Source of the DNA: Alphaproteobacteria bacterium
Lineage (GTDB): Bacteria > Pseudomonadota > Alphaproteobacteria > CALMVH01
DNA length: 64,000 nucleotides
Reading direction: 5' to 3'
Assembly (NCBI GenBank): GCA_965199265.1
Contig: CBDAQV010000001.1
Span: 316,180-380,179 of the forward strand
Positions 1-10,302 of the stretch are shown piece by piece. The notes under the pieces were generated by a model. The model saw only the letters and a list, made by a program, of their open reading frames with translations. It had not been told where the DNA came from and searched no databases. A program made the position numbers and the translations under genes. Each line of letters opens with the position of its first letter. The first letter of the stretch is position 1.

Positions 1-340
1 CGCACCAGCAGGGGGTCGCGCAGCGCGACCGTTCCGAGGATTACGCGCGAGACGCCGCGCTCGATCCAGCCTCCGATCGCTTCCAGCGAACGTATGCCGC
101 CGCCCAGCTGCACGGGAACCTTCACTGCGTCCAGCACCGCGCCAATGGCGTTCCGGTTGACCTGTCGCCCCTCGATCGCACCGTTCAGGTCGACGATGTG
201 CAGCCATTCGAAGCCTTGGCTCTCGAACATGGTCGCCTGCGCGGCGGGGTCGTGATTGTAGACCGTCGCCTCGTTCATGTCGCCACGCAGCAGGCGAACG
301 CACGAGCCGTCCTTGATGTCGATCGCGGGGTAAAGAATCA
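1..340 (-). CDS. hisA: HisA, 1-(5-phosphoribosyl)-5-[(5-phosphoribosylamino)methylideneamino]imidazole-4-carboxamide isomerase (N-terminal part; 3' end runs off the window)
   Basis: Reverse-strand translation gives [22 protein letters not shown]...VQLGGGIRS...RVILGT, the typical HisA N-terminus. The ATG start is at 338-340. Confidence 0.8.
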
Positions 341-519
341 TGGTCGTGAAAGTAGATGAAGCAGGTGTTAACGTCCAGCCGAATGCGCATGAATACGGCT
401 TTGCGCAACGGTCTCCACTCCCTCCATGCTCCTCGGCGGTCCAGATCGATTCCTGGATCGGCGCGCCAAGGAACACGGAGCGGCGGCATGCGTTAGCTGG
501 TGATCGATCACGGGAGTTC

Positions 520-1200
520 ATGATGCCATTCAAGAAAATTTCAACGTTTGCGGCGCTCGGCGCCTTGTCCGCGTCCTTGCTGGCCCAGCCCGCGCTGGCC
601 GCCACGGACCACCAGGAAGTGGTCACTCGCGCCGACGCGACGGTCAACCTTCTCGAGCACAATCCCGACTACAAGCAGTTGGACACGCTGATCGCACGGT
701 CCAAGGCGGTGTTCGTGGTTCCTGAACTGGTCAAGGGCGCACTGGTTGTCGGCGGGGAAGGCGGCGACGGCGTGCTGCTGTCGCGGATTTCCGCCGGTAA
801 GTGGAGCGCTCCCGCTTTCTACTCGATCGGCAGCGCCAGCTTCGGCCTGCAGATCGGCGGCAAGTCGTCGGAGGTCATGTTCATCGTCCTGACCGACAAG
901 GGCTTGAACGCGATCCTGAACGACAAGGTCAAGCTGGGCGCGGACGTGAGCGTGGCGGTCGTTTCCTCGGGCAAGAGCCTTGAGTCCGCCATTGCTCTCA
1001 AGGACAACACCGATATCCTGGCCGTCGGCAAGAGCGATGGCCTGTTCGCGGGCGCTTCCTTCGACGGCGCGGTCATCAGCAGCCGCGACAGCTGGGACCA
1101 AGATTATTACGGCCGCGTGCTGACCGGTCGCGAGATCCTGGCGGGCGATGTCAAGGCTCCCGCGGGCGCAAAGGAGCTTGAGCACGACCTGGTAAAGTAG
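520..1200 (+). CDS. Secreted SYLF (Ysc84/DUF500) lipid-binding domain protein
   Basis: The long ORF 340-1200 has an internal start [28 protein letters not shown] (signal peptide) at 520. The downstream [14 protein letters not shown]-type SYLF motifs are read by eye. Confidence 0.7.
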   Translation: MMPFKKISTFAALGALSASLLAQPALAATDHQEVVTRADATVNLLEHNPDYKQLDTLIARSKAVFVVPELVKGALVVGGEGGDGVLLSRISAGKWSAPAFYSIGSASFGLQIGGKSSEVMFIVLTDKGLNAILNDKVKLGADVSVAVVSSGKSLESAIALKDNTDILAVGKSDGLFAGASFDGAVISSRDSWDQDYYGRVLTGREILAGDVKAPAGAKELEHDLVK

Positions 1201-1339
1201 ATCGGTTTCCGTTCAGCTGGGGTCACGTCATCCTTCGCGAAAGGGGAGGATTTCCCTATAGGATAAAGGCAGGTTATACAGGAGATCCTCGGGTCAAGCC
1301 CCAGGATGACGGTGACTGAAATTCTAAGTTTAGTTTAGT

Positions 1340-1395
1340 ACCAGCTGGAAAAACCCTTCGACGGATCTCGTCGCAAGGGCTTTTTTTTAATTAAC
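1340..1395. terminator. Bidirectional hairpin with a T-run on the + strand and an A-run on the - side, lying between the SYLF gene and hisD
   Basis: An imperfect inverted repeat, cccttcgacgg...cgtcgcaaggg, is followed by tttttttt. Confidence 0.4.
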
Positions 1396-2700
1396 CCGTT
1401 TCCGCTCGCGGACGGCGCGGACGTGGGCGGCAAAGCCTTCGTACTCGGCGATCGTGCTGGTTGGACCTGCGAGTGTTTCGAAACCTTTCCGCGTGCATTC
1501 GGCCACCGTCGTGACCCGCAGGAAGTCGCGCACGGTGGTTGCGGACCAGGTCCGGGCGTTGCCGCCGGTCGGCAACGTGTGATTGACTCCCACGCCGAAA
1601 TTGCCGAGCGTCATCGGCGTCCACTCACCGATCAGGATTTCGCCGCAGGTTGTGAGCCGTGGCTGGAGTTTCTCGGGGTTCCTGACTTTCAATAACAGGT
1701 GCTCGGCGGCGTACTGGTTGCAGACCGCGACCGCTTCGTTCATCGAGTCGGTAACCACGATCCCGCCATAGCCCGCCATCACGGCTCGGCAATACTCGTT
1801 CCGGGGGTGAGGCAACGTTTCCACCATTCCCGGCACGAGCGCGCCGACTTTTTCCGCCAGTTCGGCGCAGGGCGTTACGAGGAGCGAGGCGGAGTCCGGG
1901 CCGTGCTCGGCCTCGTTCAGCAGGTCCAGCGCCGTGTTGTGCGGATCGGCACTCTCGTCGGCGAGGATCAGCGAGTCGGTCGGCCCGGCCGGCATGCCGG
2001 CATCGATGCGGTCGGCCAGCAGGCGGCGCGCCGCGCTGACATAGGCGTTGCCGGGCCCGACCACCTTGATCACGCGAGGAATGCTTTCGGTGCCGTAGGC
2101 CAGCGCGGCGATCGCCTGCGCGCCGCCGACCTTGTAGACCTCGGTCACGCCGCACAGTTCGGCGGCGAACAGGTAGGCGTCGTCCACCCGCCCGTCCGGC
2201 GTCGGCGGCGTGCAGATGACGATGCGCGGCACGCCCGCGACCCGTGCCGTGGTCGCCATCATGTAGACGGTGGACGGGAACGATCCCTTGCCGCGCGGCA
2301 CGTAGATGCCGACGGACTCGAGAGGCGACACCTGTTCGCCTGCCCACACGCCCGGCTGTATCTCCTCGCGCCAGCTTTGCGCGACCCGGGCAAACTGCAA
2401 CTCGTGGAACCGGCGCACGTTTTTCGCGCAGGTCTCGATGGCGGCCTTGATCTCCGGCGCAAGCCGCGCCCGGGCCATGGCGAACTCCTCCGCCGAGGCC
2501 CGGAGCGCGCCGGGCGCGATGGTCGCGTTGTCGAACTGCCGGGCGAAGCGGATCAGTGCCGGGTCGCCTTGCGTGCGCACCGCCTCGATGATCGGCGCCA
2601 CGATGGCGCTCACGTCCGCGATATCGGCTTCGGAGCGGCGCAGCAGCTTGGCTCTTGTTTCGGGAGCGGTTTCGGACCAGCGGTACAGGTTCACGTTCAA
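1387..2700 (-). CDS. hisD: Histidinol dehydrogenase
   Basis: The 437-aa protein carries HisD hallmarks (…GNFGVGVNHTLPTGG…, …AEHLLL…) over its full length. Confidence 0.95.
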   Translation of the reverse strand: MNVNLYRWSETAPETRAKLLRRSEADIADVSAIVAPIIEAVRTQGDPALIRFARQFDNATIAPGALRASAEEFAMARARLAPEIKAAIETCAKNVRRFHELQFARVAQSWREEIQPGVWAGEQVSPLESVGIYVPRGKGSFPSTVYMMATTARVAGVPRIVICTPPTPDGRVDDAYLFAAELCGVTEVYKVGGAQAIAALAYGTESIPRVIKVVGPGNAYVSAARRLLADRIDAGMPAGPTDSLILADESADPHNTALDLLNEAEHGPDSASLLVTPCAELAEKVGALVPGMVETLPHPRNEYCRAVMAGYGGIVVTDSMNEAVAVCNQYAAEHLLLKVRNPEKLQPRLTTCGEILIGEWTPMTLGNFGVGVNHTLPTGGNARTWSATTVRDFLRVTTVAECTRKGFETLAGPTSTIAEYEGFAAHVRAVRERKRVN

Positions 2701-2707
2701 GGCGGTT

Positions 2708-3496
2708 CTACTGTGTTGTATGCATGATAGTCAGGGCCTCTGCCGCCAGTTCGCGTGAGCTTGCGGCGACGAAGCGCCCGGCGAACTCCTGCCCGACGGG
2801 CCGCAGGGTCCAGCCGCCAGCAAAGCCGCCCGCGCCGGTGACAATGGGAATGAGGCCGGCGACGTCGAACAGCTTCAGGTCCTGTTCCACGACCAGATCG
2901 ACCCAGCCCATCGCCAGCAGCCCGTACGCGTAGCAGTCGCACAGGTAGTGCGTCCACTTGGCGGCGCGGCACAGCGTGAGGTAATTCGGGAAGATATTGC
3001 CCTCGAACATGGCGATGGAACCGGTATAAAGCCGCGCCTGTTCGAGCCGGCGCGGCGGGGCGACCCCTATGGTTTTGCCGTTATGCGTGGCGAGGCGGTC
3101 CGCGACCCCGAACCAGCGCTCGCGCGTGAAGGCCTGGTCGATCAGGCCGACCCGGGGCACGCCCTCGTGCAGCAGGCCGATGATCGTGCCGAACAGCGGC
3201 CGCCCGGTCGCGAACGACTTCGTGCCGTCGATGGGGTCGATCACCCAGACGAACTCCGCGTCGGGATTTTCGCTGCCATATTCCTCGCCGATGATGCCGT
3301 GGCCGGGGAAAGTCCGGCCGATCAGCGCGCGCAGTTCCTGTTCGATCTCGCGGTCGGCCTGGGTGACGGGCGAGCGGTCGTCCTTGTCGTCCACCGGGAT
3401 GTCCTGGCGGAAGTATTTCAGCGCGATCGCGCCCGCCACGTCGGCGGCGTGGTCGAAGAACGCGCCGAACAGCTCGTGGTAGTCCGGCTCGCCCAT
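2708..3496 (-). CDS. hisN: Inositol-monophosphatase-family protein, probably a histidinol-phosphate phosphatase (HisN-type)
   Basis: IMPase-fold motifs (WVIDPIDGT, DCYAYGLLAMG) are present. The gene sits between hisB and hisD on the same strand. Confidence 0.75.
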   Translation of the reverse strand: MGEPDYHELFGAFFDHAADVAGAIALKYFRQDIPVDDKDDRSPVTQADREIEQELRALIGRTFPGHGIIGEEYGSENPDAEFVWVIDPIDGTKSFATGRPLFGTIIGLLHEGVPRVGLIDQAFTRERWFGVADRLATHNGKTIGVAPPRRLEQARLYTGSIAMFEGNIFPNYLTLCRAAKWTHYLCDCYAYGLLAMGWVDLVVEQDLKLFDVAGLIPIVTGAGGFAGGWTLRPVGQEFAGRFVAASSRELAAEALTIMHTTQ

Positions 3497-3500
3497 CAGG

Positions 3501-4109
3501 TCACAGGACGCCCTTGGTCGAGGGCACCACGCCCGCCATGCGCGGATCGAGCGCGACGGCCATCTTCAGCGCGCGCGCCAGGCCCTTGAAGCAGGATTCG
3601 GCGATGTGATGATTGTTCTCGCCGTGGAGGGTGGTGACGTGCAGCGTCGCGCCCGCGGCTTGCGCGAAGGCGTGGAAGAACTCGCGGAACAGCTCGGTAT
3701 CCATCTCGCCGATCTTGTCGCGGCGGAACTCCACCTGCCAGACGAGGTAAGGGCGGTTGGACAGGTCGATGGCAACGCGGCTCAGCGCCTCGTCCATCGG
3801 GATGTAGGCGTGCCCGTAGCGCACGATGCCGGCGCGGTCGCCCAGCGCCTTCTTCACCGCCTCGCCCAGCGCGATGCCGGTGTCCTCCGTCGTGTGGTGC
3901 ATGTCGATGTGCAGGTCGCCCTCGGCCCGGACCGTAAGGTCGATCAGGCCGTGCCGCGCCACCTGGTCCAGCATGTGGTCGAGGAAGCCGATGCCGGTCG
4001 CGATGTCGCTTTTGCCCGTGCCGTCGAGGTCGACGTCGACGACGATCCGCGTTTCGCGAGTCGCGCGCTCGATGCGACCCCGGCGGCCTGCCGTGCTGTT
4101 TTCATCCAT
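3501..4109 (-). CDS. hisB: Imidazoleglycerol-phosphate dehydratase
   Basis: [16 protein letters not shown]…[18 protein letters not shown]…[11 protein letters not shown] is canonical HisB. Confidence 0.95.
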   Translation of the reverse strand: MDENSTAGRRGRIERATRETRIVVDVDLDGTGKSDIATGIGFLDHMLDQVARHGLIDLTVRAEGDLHIDMHHTTEDTGIALGEAVKKALGDRAGIVRYGHAYIPMDEALSRVAIDLSNRPYLVWQVEFRRDKIGEMDTELFREFFHAFAQAAGATLHVTTLHGENNHHIAESCFKGLARALKMAVALDPRMAGVVPSTKGVL

Positions 4110-4204
4110 GCGCTAGCTCTTACAACGCGGCTTGATCCTGGCGCAACTTGATCTTGGCGCAACCCTGCCCACATTGGGCGCATGACGATAACAGGATACG
4201 TTCG

Positions 4205-4765
4205 GTGAGCGACCCCGCGACAAACCCCACGGTCTGGCACGGCACCACCATCTTATCCGTCCGCAAGCACGGCAGGGTCGTGGTCATCGGCGACGGGCAG
4301 GTCACGCTCGGCAATACCGTGGTCAAGGCTAACGCGCGCAAGGTGCGGCGCGTGGGCGGTCCGACGGCGAACGTGATCGGCGGGTTCGCCGGCGCGACCG
4401 CCGACGCCTTCACCCTGTTCGAGCGGCTGGAGACCAAGCTGGAGAAGCACCCCGGCCAGTTGACCCGGGCCTGCGTCGAGCTGGCCAAGGACTGGCGCAC
4501 CGACCGCTACCTGCGCCGGCTGGAGGCGATGATGATCGTCGCCGACAAGGACGTGTCCCTGACGCTGACCGGCACCGGCGACGTGCTGGAGCCTGAGGAC
4601 CAGCTGATCGGCATCGGCTCGGGCGGCTCGTTCGCCCTCGCCGCCGCCCGCGCGCTGATCGACCGCGACGACATGGACAGCGAAGCCATCGCAAGGCGGG
4701 CCATGGAGATCGCCGCGGGAATTTGCATCTACACGAATAACAACTTCACGATCGAAACGCTGTGA
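4205..4765 (+). CDS. hslV: ATP-dependent protease subunit HslV
   Basis: …[31 protein letters not shown]… carries the Thr active site after HGTT. A GTG at 4205 is the likely start; the ORF also runs in-frame from 4148. Confidence 0.9.
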   Translation: MSDPATNPTVWHGTTILSVRKHGRVVVIGDGQVTLGNTVVKANARKVRRVGGPTANVIGGFAGATADAFTLFERLETKLEKHPGQLTRACVELAKDWRTDRYLRRLEAMMIVADKDVSLTLTGTGDVLEPEDQLIGIGSGGSFALAAARALIDRDDMDSEAIARRAMEIAAGICIYTNNNFTIETL

Positions 4766-6078
4766 CCGCCTTCTCCCCTCGCGAGATCGTTTCCGAACTT
4801 GACCGCTTTATCGTCGGCCAGACCGACGCCAAGCGCGCCGTCGCCATCGCGCTGCGCAACCGCTGGCGCCGCCAGCAACTGCCCGATGCGCTGCGCGACG
4901 AGGTGCTGCCAAAGAACATCCTGATGATCGGCCCGACCGGCGTCGGCAAGACCGAGATCGCGCGCCGCCTTGCGCGGCTGGCGCAGGCGCCGTTCCTGAA
5001 GGTGGAGGCGACCAAGTTCACCGAGGTCGGCTATGTCGGGCGCGACGTCGACTCGATCGCCCGCGACCTGCTGGACATCGCGATGGCCATGACGCGCGAG
5101 AAGCTGCGCAAGGACGTGGCGGCCAAAGCCGAGCTTGCGGCGGAGGAACGGGTGCTGAACGCGCTGGTTGGCGACAACGCCAGCGACGGCACGCGCCAGG
5201 CCTTTCGCAAAAAGCTGCGCGACGGCGAGCTGAACGACAAGGAGATCGAGATCGAGGTCGCCGATACAGGTGGTAGCGGGGGAATGCCGATGTTCGACGT
5301 GCCGGGCATGCCGGGCGCGCAGATGGGCATGCTCAACCTTGGCGACATGCTGGGCAAGGCGATGGGCGGGCGCACCAGGACGCGCCACCTGACCGTCGCG
5401 CAGTCCTACGAAGTGCTGATGATCGAGGAGTCGGACAAGCTGGTCGACAACGAACGCGTCGTGCGCGAGGCGATCGAGGCGGTGGAGCAGAACGGCATCG
5501 TCTTCCTCGACGAAATCGATAAGATCGCGGGGCGGTCGGAGTACAAGGGCGGCGGCGATGTCAGCCGCGAGGGCGTGCAGCGCGACCTGCTGCCGCTGAT
5601 CGAAGGCACGACGGTGCAGACCAAGCACGGCCCGGTCAGGACCGATCACATCCTGTTCATCGCCTCGGGCGCGTTCCACATGGCAAAGCCCTCGGACCTG
5701 CTGCCCGAGCTGCAGGGCCGCCTGCCGATCCGCGTCGAGCTGAAGCCGCTGGTCGAGGCCGACTTCAAGCGCATCCTGCTCGAACCCGAGGCCAGCCTCA
5801 TCAAGCAATACATCGCGCTGCTGAAGACCGAGGGCGTGGACCTCGTCTTCACCGACGATTCCATCGACGCGCTGGCGCGATTGTCGGTCGAGATCAACGG
5901 CAGCGTCGAGAACATCGGCGCCCGCCGCCTGCATACCGTGCTGGAACGCCTGCTGGAGGAGATCAGCTTCGCCGCCGCCGACCAGTCCGGCCAGACGATC
6001 ACCATCGACGGCAATCTGGTTCAGGAACGCATCGGATCTCTGGCGAAGGACACGGATCTCAGCAAGTTCATCCTGTAA
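4762..6078 (+). CDS. hslU: ATP-dependent protease ATPase subunit HslU
   Basis: Walker [19 protein letters not shown] is present and the 438-aa protein matches HslU over its full length. The GTG start overlaps the hslV stop. Confidence 0.95.
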   Translation: MTAFSPREIVSELDRFIVGQTDAKRAVAIALRNRWRRQQLPDALRDEVLPKNILMIGPTGVGKTEIARRLARLAQAPFLKVEATKFTEVGYVGRDVDSIARDLLDIAMAMTREKLRKDVAAKAELAAEERVLNALVGDNASDGTRQAFRKKLRDGELNDKEIEIEVADTGGSGGMPMFDVPGMPGAQMGMLNLGDMLGKAMGGRTRTRHLTVAQSYEVLMIEESDKLVDNERVVREAIEAVEQNGIVFLDEIDKIAGRSEYKGGGDVSREGVQRDLLPLIEGTTVQTKHGPVRTDHILFIASGAFHMAKPSDLLPELQGRLPIRVELKPLVEADFKRILLEPEASLIKQYIALLKTEGVDLVFTDDSIDALARLSVEINGSVENIGARRLHTVLERLLEEISFAAADQSGQTITIDGNLVQERIGSLAKDTDLSKFIL

Positions 6079-6147
6079 AAGGGAATCGCAACCTGTGCGG
6101 CCCGGAAGGCAGTCGACAACATAGTGTCGTAATATTTTAAAGTTACA

Positions 6148-6190
6148 AACGCCTCCCCCGCAAAATATTCTGCGGGGGAGGCGTTTTCAC
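6148..6190 (+). terminator. Rho-independent terminator of hslU
   Basis: A perfect 15-bp stem aacgcctcccccgca / tgcgggggaggcgtt with loop aaatattc is followed by a T-run. Confidence 0.75.
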
Positions 6191-6224
6191 GCTTGCATTA
6201 GAGATTTGAGATTGCATAAATGAA

Positions 6225-6265
6225 AACGCCGCTCGGGAACGGTTGGAGCCAACCCGAGCGGCGTT
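6225..6265. terminator. Second, bidirectional hairpin
   Basis: A perfect 13-bp stem aacgccgctcggg / cccgagcggcgtt has T-runs on both strands. It lies just upstream of the ATG at 6291. Confidence 0.55.
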
Positions 6266-6290
6266 TTGCAACTCCTATCACGAGGCTATC

Positions 6291-7586
6291 ATGATTGAGC
6301 ACGTTAAACCTACGGCACGAATACCAGCAGTTCAAGGGTCGTTTGGGCCACGTCTTTTGTCGTACACCACACAACTCCCGGCGGGGTCTCTTGAAACGAT
6401 CGTTGGCCACGATCCCAGATCGAAACAATGGAAGCGATTGCCCGATGACATAGCTAATATATATGAACACTTGCAGCGTGCGACAACTAAGCAGCGGCTC
6501 GATTCAATTATTCGCTACATACGCTACCGCTTCATGGAGCGTTCAATCGTTGTTGGTGCTTTTCCTGCAATTTCTATTGCCGTCCAAAACAGTACGCCGT
6601 TTGAGCCATATAGTTCTATTTCAGACAGTGGAGTTGGTGTTTTACAATTCGACCTTTCGCGCCGCAATCTTAGGATCGTAGTTGACGGTCTTGGTAGAGC
6701 TTCGGCTAGCCTAGAATTGGTGGAACTCGCTGAATCAGATGACTTAATGCCAGATGCTAAGGTAGCGCTTCAAAGCCTTTTGAAGGATTTTTCTCTGCCA
6801 ACCGTATTTTATATGCCTGCTCCGGGAACGCCTCCTCTCAGCCTTAGAGAAATGCAGCAGCTATTTCATGATTTCAATTTTAAGGTCACTGCAGTACCGG
6901 CTCGTATTGCTATAGCTCTCGACCATTCAGACCTCTATATTGGGCTTGCTAATCGAATAGGTGAGTCAAACCCAATCCAAGTCCATGGCGGTATGGAAGT
7001 TAAAGCAGCCTCATTGGGCAAGAAGTCGACTGCAATCGTCGTCCAGCAAAATCTAGTGAGATTTGTCCGGGCGGCTACTGAGGGGGAACGATTTATAGAA
7101 GGTACATCCAACAGCGACTTGAAGGAGCCGAATCTCACGGATGAAACTCGGGAAGCGTTTGAGGAGGGAATTATAAAGTTTTTGGATGCGTTTTCTGCGA
7201 GTATGGGGCCGGAGAAATTCAAAGATCGTGAAGGTCTCCATTTGACGGCGCCTGGATGGGGTTCTCTCGGATTGATTTATCACGATCTGGCCGAACGACT
7301 GAAGGTTCCTGATGTCCCGTCAGCCGCAGCCAAGATCGGTAAGCTGAATTGGACGCGTTCTGCTGATATGTGGAAGAATATCGTTCGTGAGCGTGATGAC
7401 AAGGAAGGTAATAGGGTACTTGGTCTCGCAGCAGGCGGAGCCCAGAACCGCCGTTATCTTACAAACGCTGTCCGACACTATCTTGGTTTGGATACTCTTT
7501 TGAAAGAAAAAGGTTTCTCAGATGATAAGGAACCTGACGAGTTAGTTTATTCGCCCGCTGCGAAAAGCGTTGATGAGGAGAACTAA
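6291..7586 (+). CDS. Divergent DGQHR-domain (DndB-like, ParB/Srx-fold) protein with DGLGR in place of DGQHR
   Basis: The N-terminal …AVQGSFGPRLLSYTTQLPAGSLETIV… resembles the DGQHR-family N-motif. RIVVDGLGRASA sits at the DGQHR position. Downstream QQLFHDFNFKVTAVPARIAIALD resembles the family's LFxDxN motif. The locus is low-GC, and an RBS gagg lies 5 nt before the ATG at 6291; the ORF track starts at 6243, inside the hairpin. Confidence 0.55.
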   Translation: MIEHVKPTARIPAVQGSFGPRLLSYTTQLPAGSLETIVGHDPRSKQWKRLPDDIANIYEHLQRATTKQRLDSIIRYIRYRFMERSIVVGAFPAISIAVQNSTPFEPYSSISDSGVGVLQFDLSRRNLRIVVDGLGRASASLELVELAESDDLMPDAKVALQSLLKDFSLPTVFYMPAPGTPPLSLREMQQLFHDFNFKVTAVPARIAIALDHSDLYIGLANRIGESNPIQVHGGMEVKAASLGKKSTAIVVQQNLVRFVRAATEGERFIEGTSNSDLKEPNLTDETREAFEEGIIKFLDAFSASMGPEKFKDREGLHLTAPGWGSLGLIYHDLAERLKVPDVPSAAAKIGKLNWTRSADMWKNIVRERDDKEGNRVLGLAAGGAQNRRYLTNAVRHYLGLDTLLKEKGFSDDKEPDELVYSPAAKSVDEEN

Positions 7587-7588
7587 TT

Positions 7589-7813
7589 ATGAAAGGAGGT
7601 TCATTTCACCGCTCTCGGTGCAGGGCTTTAACACCTTCGGATGCAGCCTTGATCAAAGGAATGCTGTCCAGAGGTGATCTGCAGAGCAATATAGCGGCAT
7701 TCTTTGGGGTAAACGGAGGACGCATTTCGGAAATCAATACGGGAAGGCGCTATTCGTCGATTCAGCCAGTTTACGAAGAATTACCTCCTCCTGGTCCGTA
7801 CAAGGTCCACTAA
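7589..7813 (+). CDS. Small helix-turn-helix (HTH) DNA-binding protein (Hin/resolvase- or IS630-type HTH pattern)
   Basis: LTPSDAALIKGMLSRGDLQSNIAAFFGVNGGRISEINTGRRY fits the L-x6-I-x6-G-x5-IA-x2-FGV-x4-I HTH pattern. The ATG lies 2 nt after the stop of the preceding gene, with aaggagg upstream. Confidence 0.5.
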   Translation: MKGGSFHRSRCRALTPSDAALIKGMLSRGDLQSNIAAFFGVNGGRISEINTGRRYSSIQPVYEELPPPGPYKVH

Positions 7814-7920
7814 CTACCACCGGGTATCCCAGGTTTGCCTAAGCAGCCTGGGATATTCTCTGATTATTAATGATATGATGGTCACCTTACTTATTCTGTA
7901 ACGCAAGATTTAAGGTCATA

Positions 7921-8328
7921 ATGATTATTGGGGTTGAAACAACCGCTCCGCCCCCGCCGGAGCCGACGGAGGACGACATTCGCCGCCTGCTCGACGCGTT
8001 CTACGACCGTGTCCGCGCCGATCCGCTGATCGGGCCGGTGTTCCTGCGCGCGCTCGGCACGACCGCGGAGGACTGGGCGCCGCACATGGCGCGGCTGAAC
8101 GATTACTGGTCCAACGTCATGCTGCGCACAGGGCGCTACCGCGGCAACATCCTGCACACCCACCAGCGCTTGCCCGATCTGCAGCCCGAAATGTTCGACC
8201 GCTGGCTGGCGCTGTTCGGCAACACCTGCGCCGAAATGCTCGACCCGGCGCTGGCCGAGAACTTCAGACAGCGCGCCAACCACATCGGCAAGAACTTGCG
8301 GGCCAGTTTGTTCGGCCGGGTGTTGTAA
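7921..8328 (+). CDS. Truncated haemoglobin (group III-like globin)
   Basis: DIRRLLDAFYDRVRADPLIGPVF…HQRLP…, about 135 aa, is typical of the truncated-haemoglobin family. Confidence 0.65.
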   Translation: MIIGVETTAPPPPEPTEDDIRRLLDAFYDRVRADPLIGPVFLRALGTTAEDWAPHMARLNDYWSNVMLRTGRYRGNILHTHQRLPDLQPEMFDRWLALFGNTCAEMLDPALAENFRQRANHIGKNLRASLFGRVL

Positions 8329-8373
8329 CGTAGCGCCGTTGGCGCGATCACTCACCGCGTGGGAGACGCACAC

Positions 8374-9366
<993 letters not shown>

Positions 9367-9412
9367 AGTCAAACCGCCGTTCCGGTGCGGGGCATCCCAT
9401 GCGGGGCATCCC

Positions 9413-9598
9413 ATGCGGGGGCATTCCCGGCCCGATCCGGACCCCGCTCCAGGTCAGCGGCGGGCCCAGCCTGGAGAAGCTGAGGCAGTTCGGCGGCCAG
9501 ACCTCGATCGACCGCGCCAGCCGGCGGAACTCGCCTCGATCTGCGTCCAGCTGGCCGCCGACGGTGCCAGCTATGCCACGGGGAAGGTGTATTGAAGG
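9413..9598 (+). pseudogene. Remnant of the 3' end of a short-chain dehydrogenase gene
   Basis: The C-terminal …ELASICVQLAADGASYATGKVY* looks like an SDR tail, but there is no room for a full gene between the AKR stop and the next gene. Confidence 0.3.
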
Positions 9599-9809
9599 GG
9601 GGCAGCCTTGAGAGTTTGGCGCGTTCCCATCAACCTTCAATGCAACAGCTTGTCGCACTCCTGCATCGCCTCGTCGTATTTGCGGGTGTTCTCGACGTTG
9701 AAAGAACGGTCGTCGAACCCGGCTAGCCGCGCCGCCGCGGCCTTGCGCAACAAATCACGCAGTGAGCGCGTTACATTGCCAAAGGTCCACCCTTCGACAG
9801 GATTTGCCC

Positions 9810-10289
9810 GTGACGCAGCCTCGCATCGCTCCCAAGCTGGTTTATGCCTTTGTCGCGCTTCTGGCGCTCGCGCCACGGGGGGCTTGGGCCGCGGCGGACG
9901 CCGAGAAGGTAACTAGCGGCTCTGGCCCGTCGGACTCGCCAAGCGGCGATTCCGCGCAGGAGCAGCGCCGCGCGAACCACATCGAAGGGCACATTGCCTT
10001 CCTGAAGGCCGAGCTGATGGTCACCGCCTCGCAGGAAGACGCCTGGAGCAAGGTAGCGGATGCCATGCGCGACGACGTGACCGAGTACGAGCAGATGGCC
10101 ACCAAGTACCCGCAGTCCCAAACCGAGCCGACGGCGTTGCAAAGCCTGAACGAACGCGGCGATTTCGCGGGGTTACGCGCCAAAGGCGAAGTGCGCTTCC
10201 TCGCGGCGTTCAACCCGCTCTACGCCAGCTTCTCGCCTAGGCAGAAGCAGGTCGCGGACGATCTGTTCGCCAGCCATGACGACGAGTGA
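9810..10289 (+). CDS. Periplasmic Spy/CpxP-like (LTXXQ-motif family) protein
   Basis: A GTG start is followed by a signal peptide PKLVYAFVALLALAPRGAWAA. Helical repeats contain …LMVTASQEDAW… and …FSPRQKQVADDLF…. Confidence 0.55.
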   Translation: MTQPRIAPKLVYAFVALLALAPRGAWAAADAEKVTSGSGPSDSPSGDSAQEQRRANHIEGHIAFLKAELMVTASQEDAWSKVADAMRDDVTEYEQMATKYPQSQTEPTALQSLNERGDFAGLRAKGEVRFLAAFNPLYASFSPRQKQVADDLFASHDDE

Positions 10290-10302
10290 GCGAGGACAAG
10301 GC

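Noticed and set aside
541-1185. A 214-aa reverse-strand ORF antisense to the SYLF-domain gene.
   Set aside because: It is fully embedded in a gene with a recognisable product. It is a typical high-GC antisense frame with Arg/Gly/Ala-rich composition and no motifs.
1625-2727. Several long ORFs (1625-2347 -, 1699-2727 +, 2306-2758 +) overlapping hisD in other frames.
   Set aside because: hisD is unambiguous over its full length. The overlapping frames have the Arg/Ala/Pro-rich composition typical of GC-driven open frames.
9637-9876. A 79-aa reverse-strand ORF overlapping the start of the Spy-like gene.
   Set aside because: It overlaps the signal-peptide coding region of a better-supported gene and has no RBS. 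A shorter internal product is possible but unsupported.
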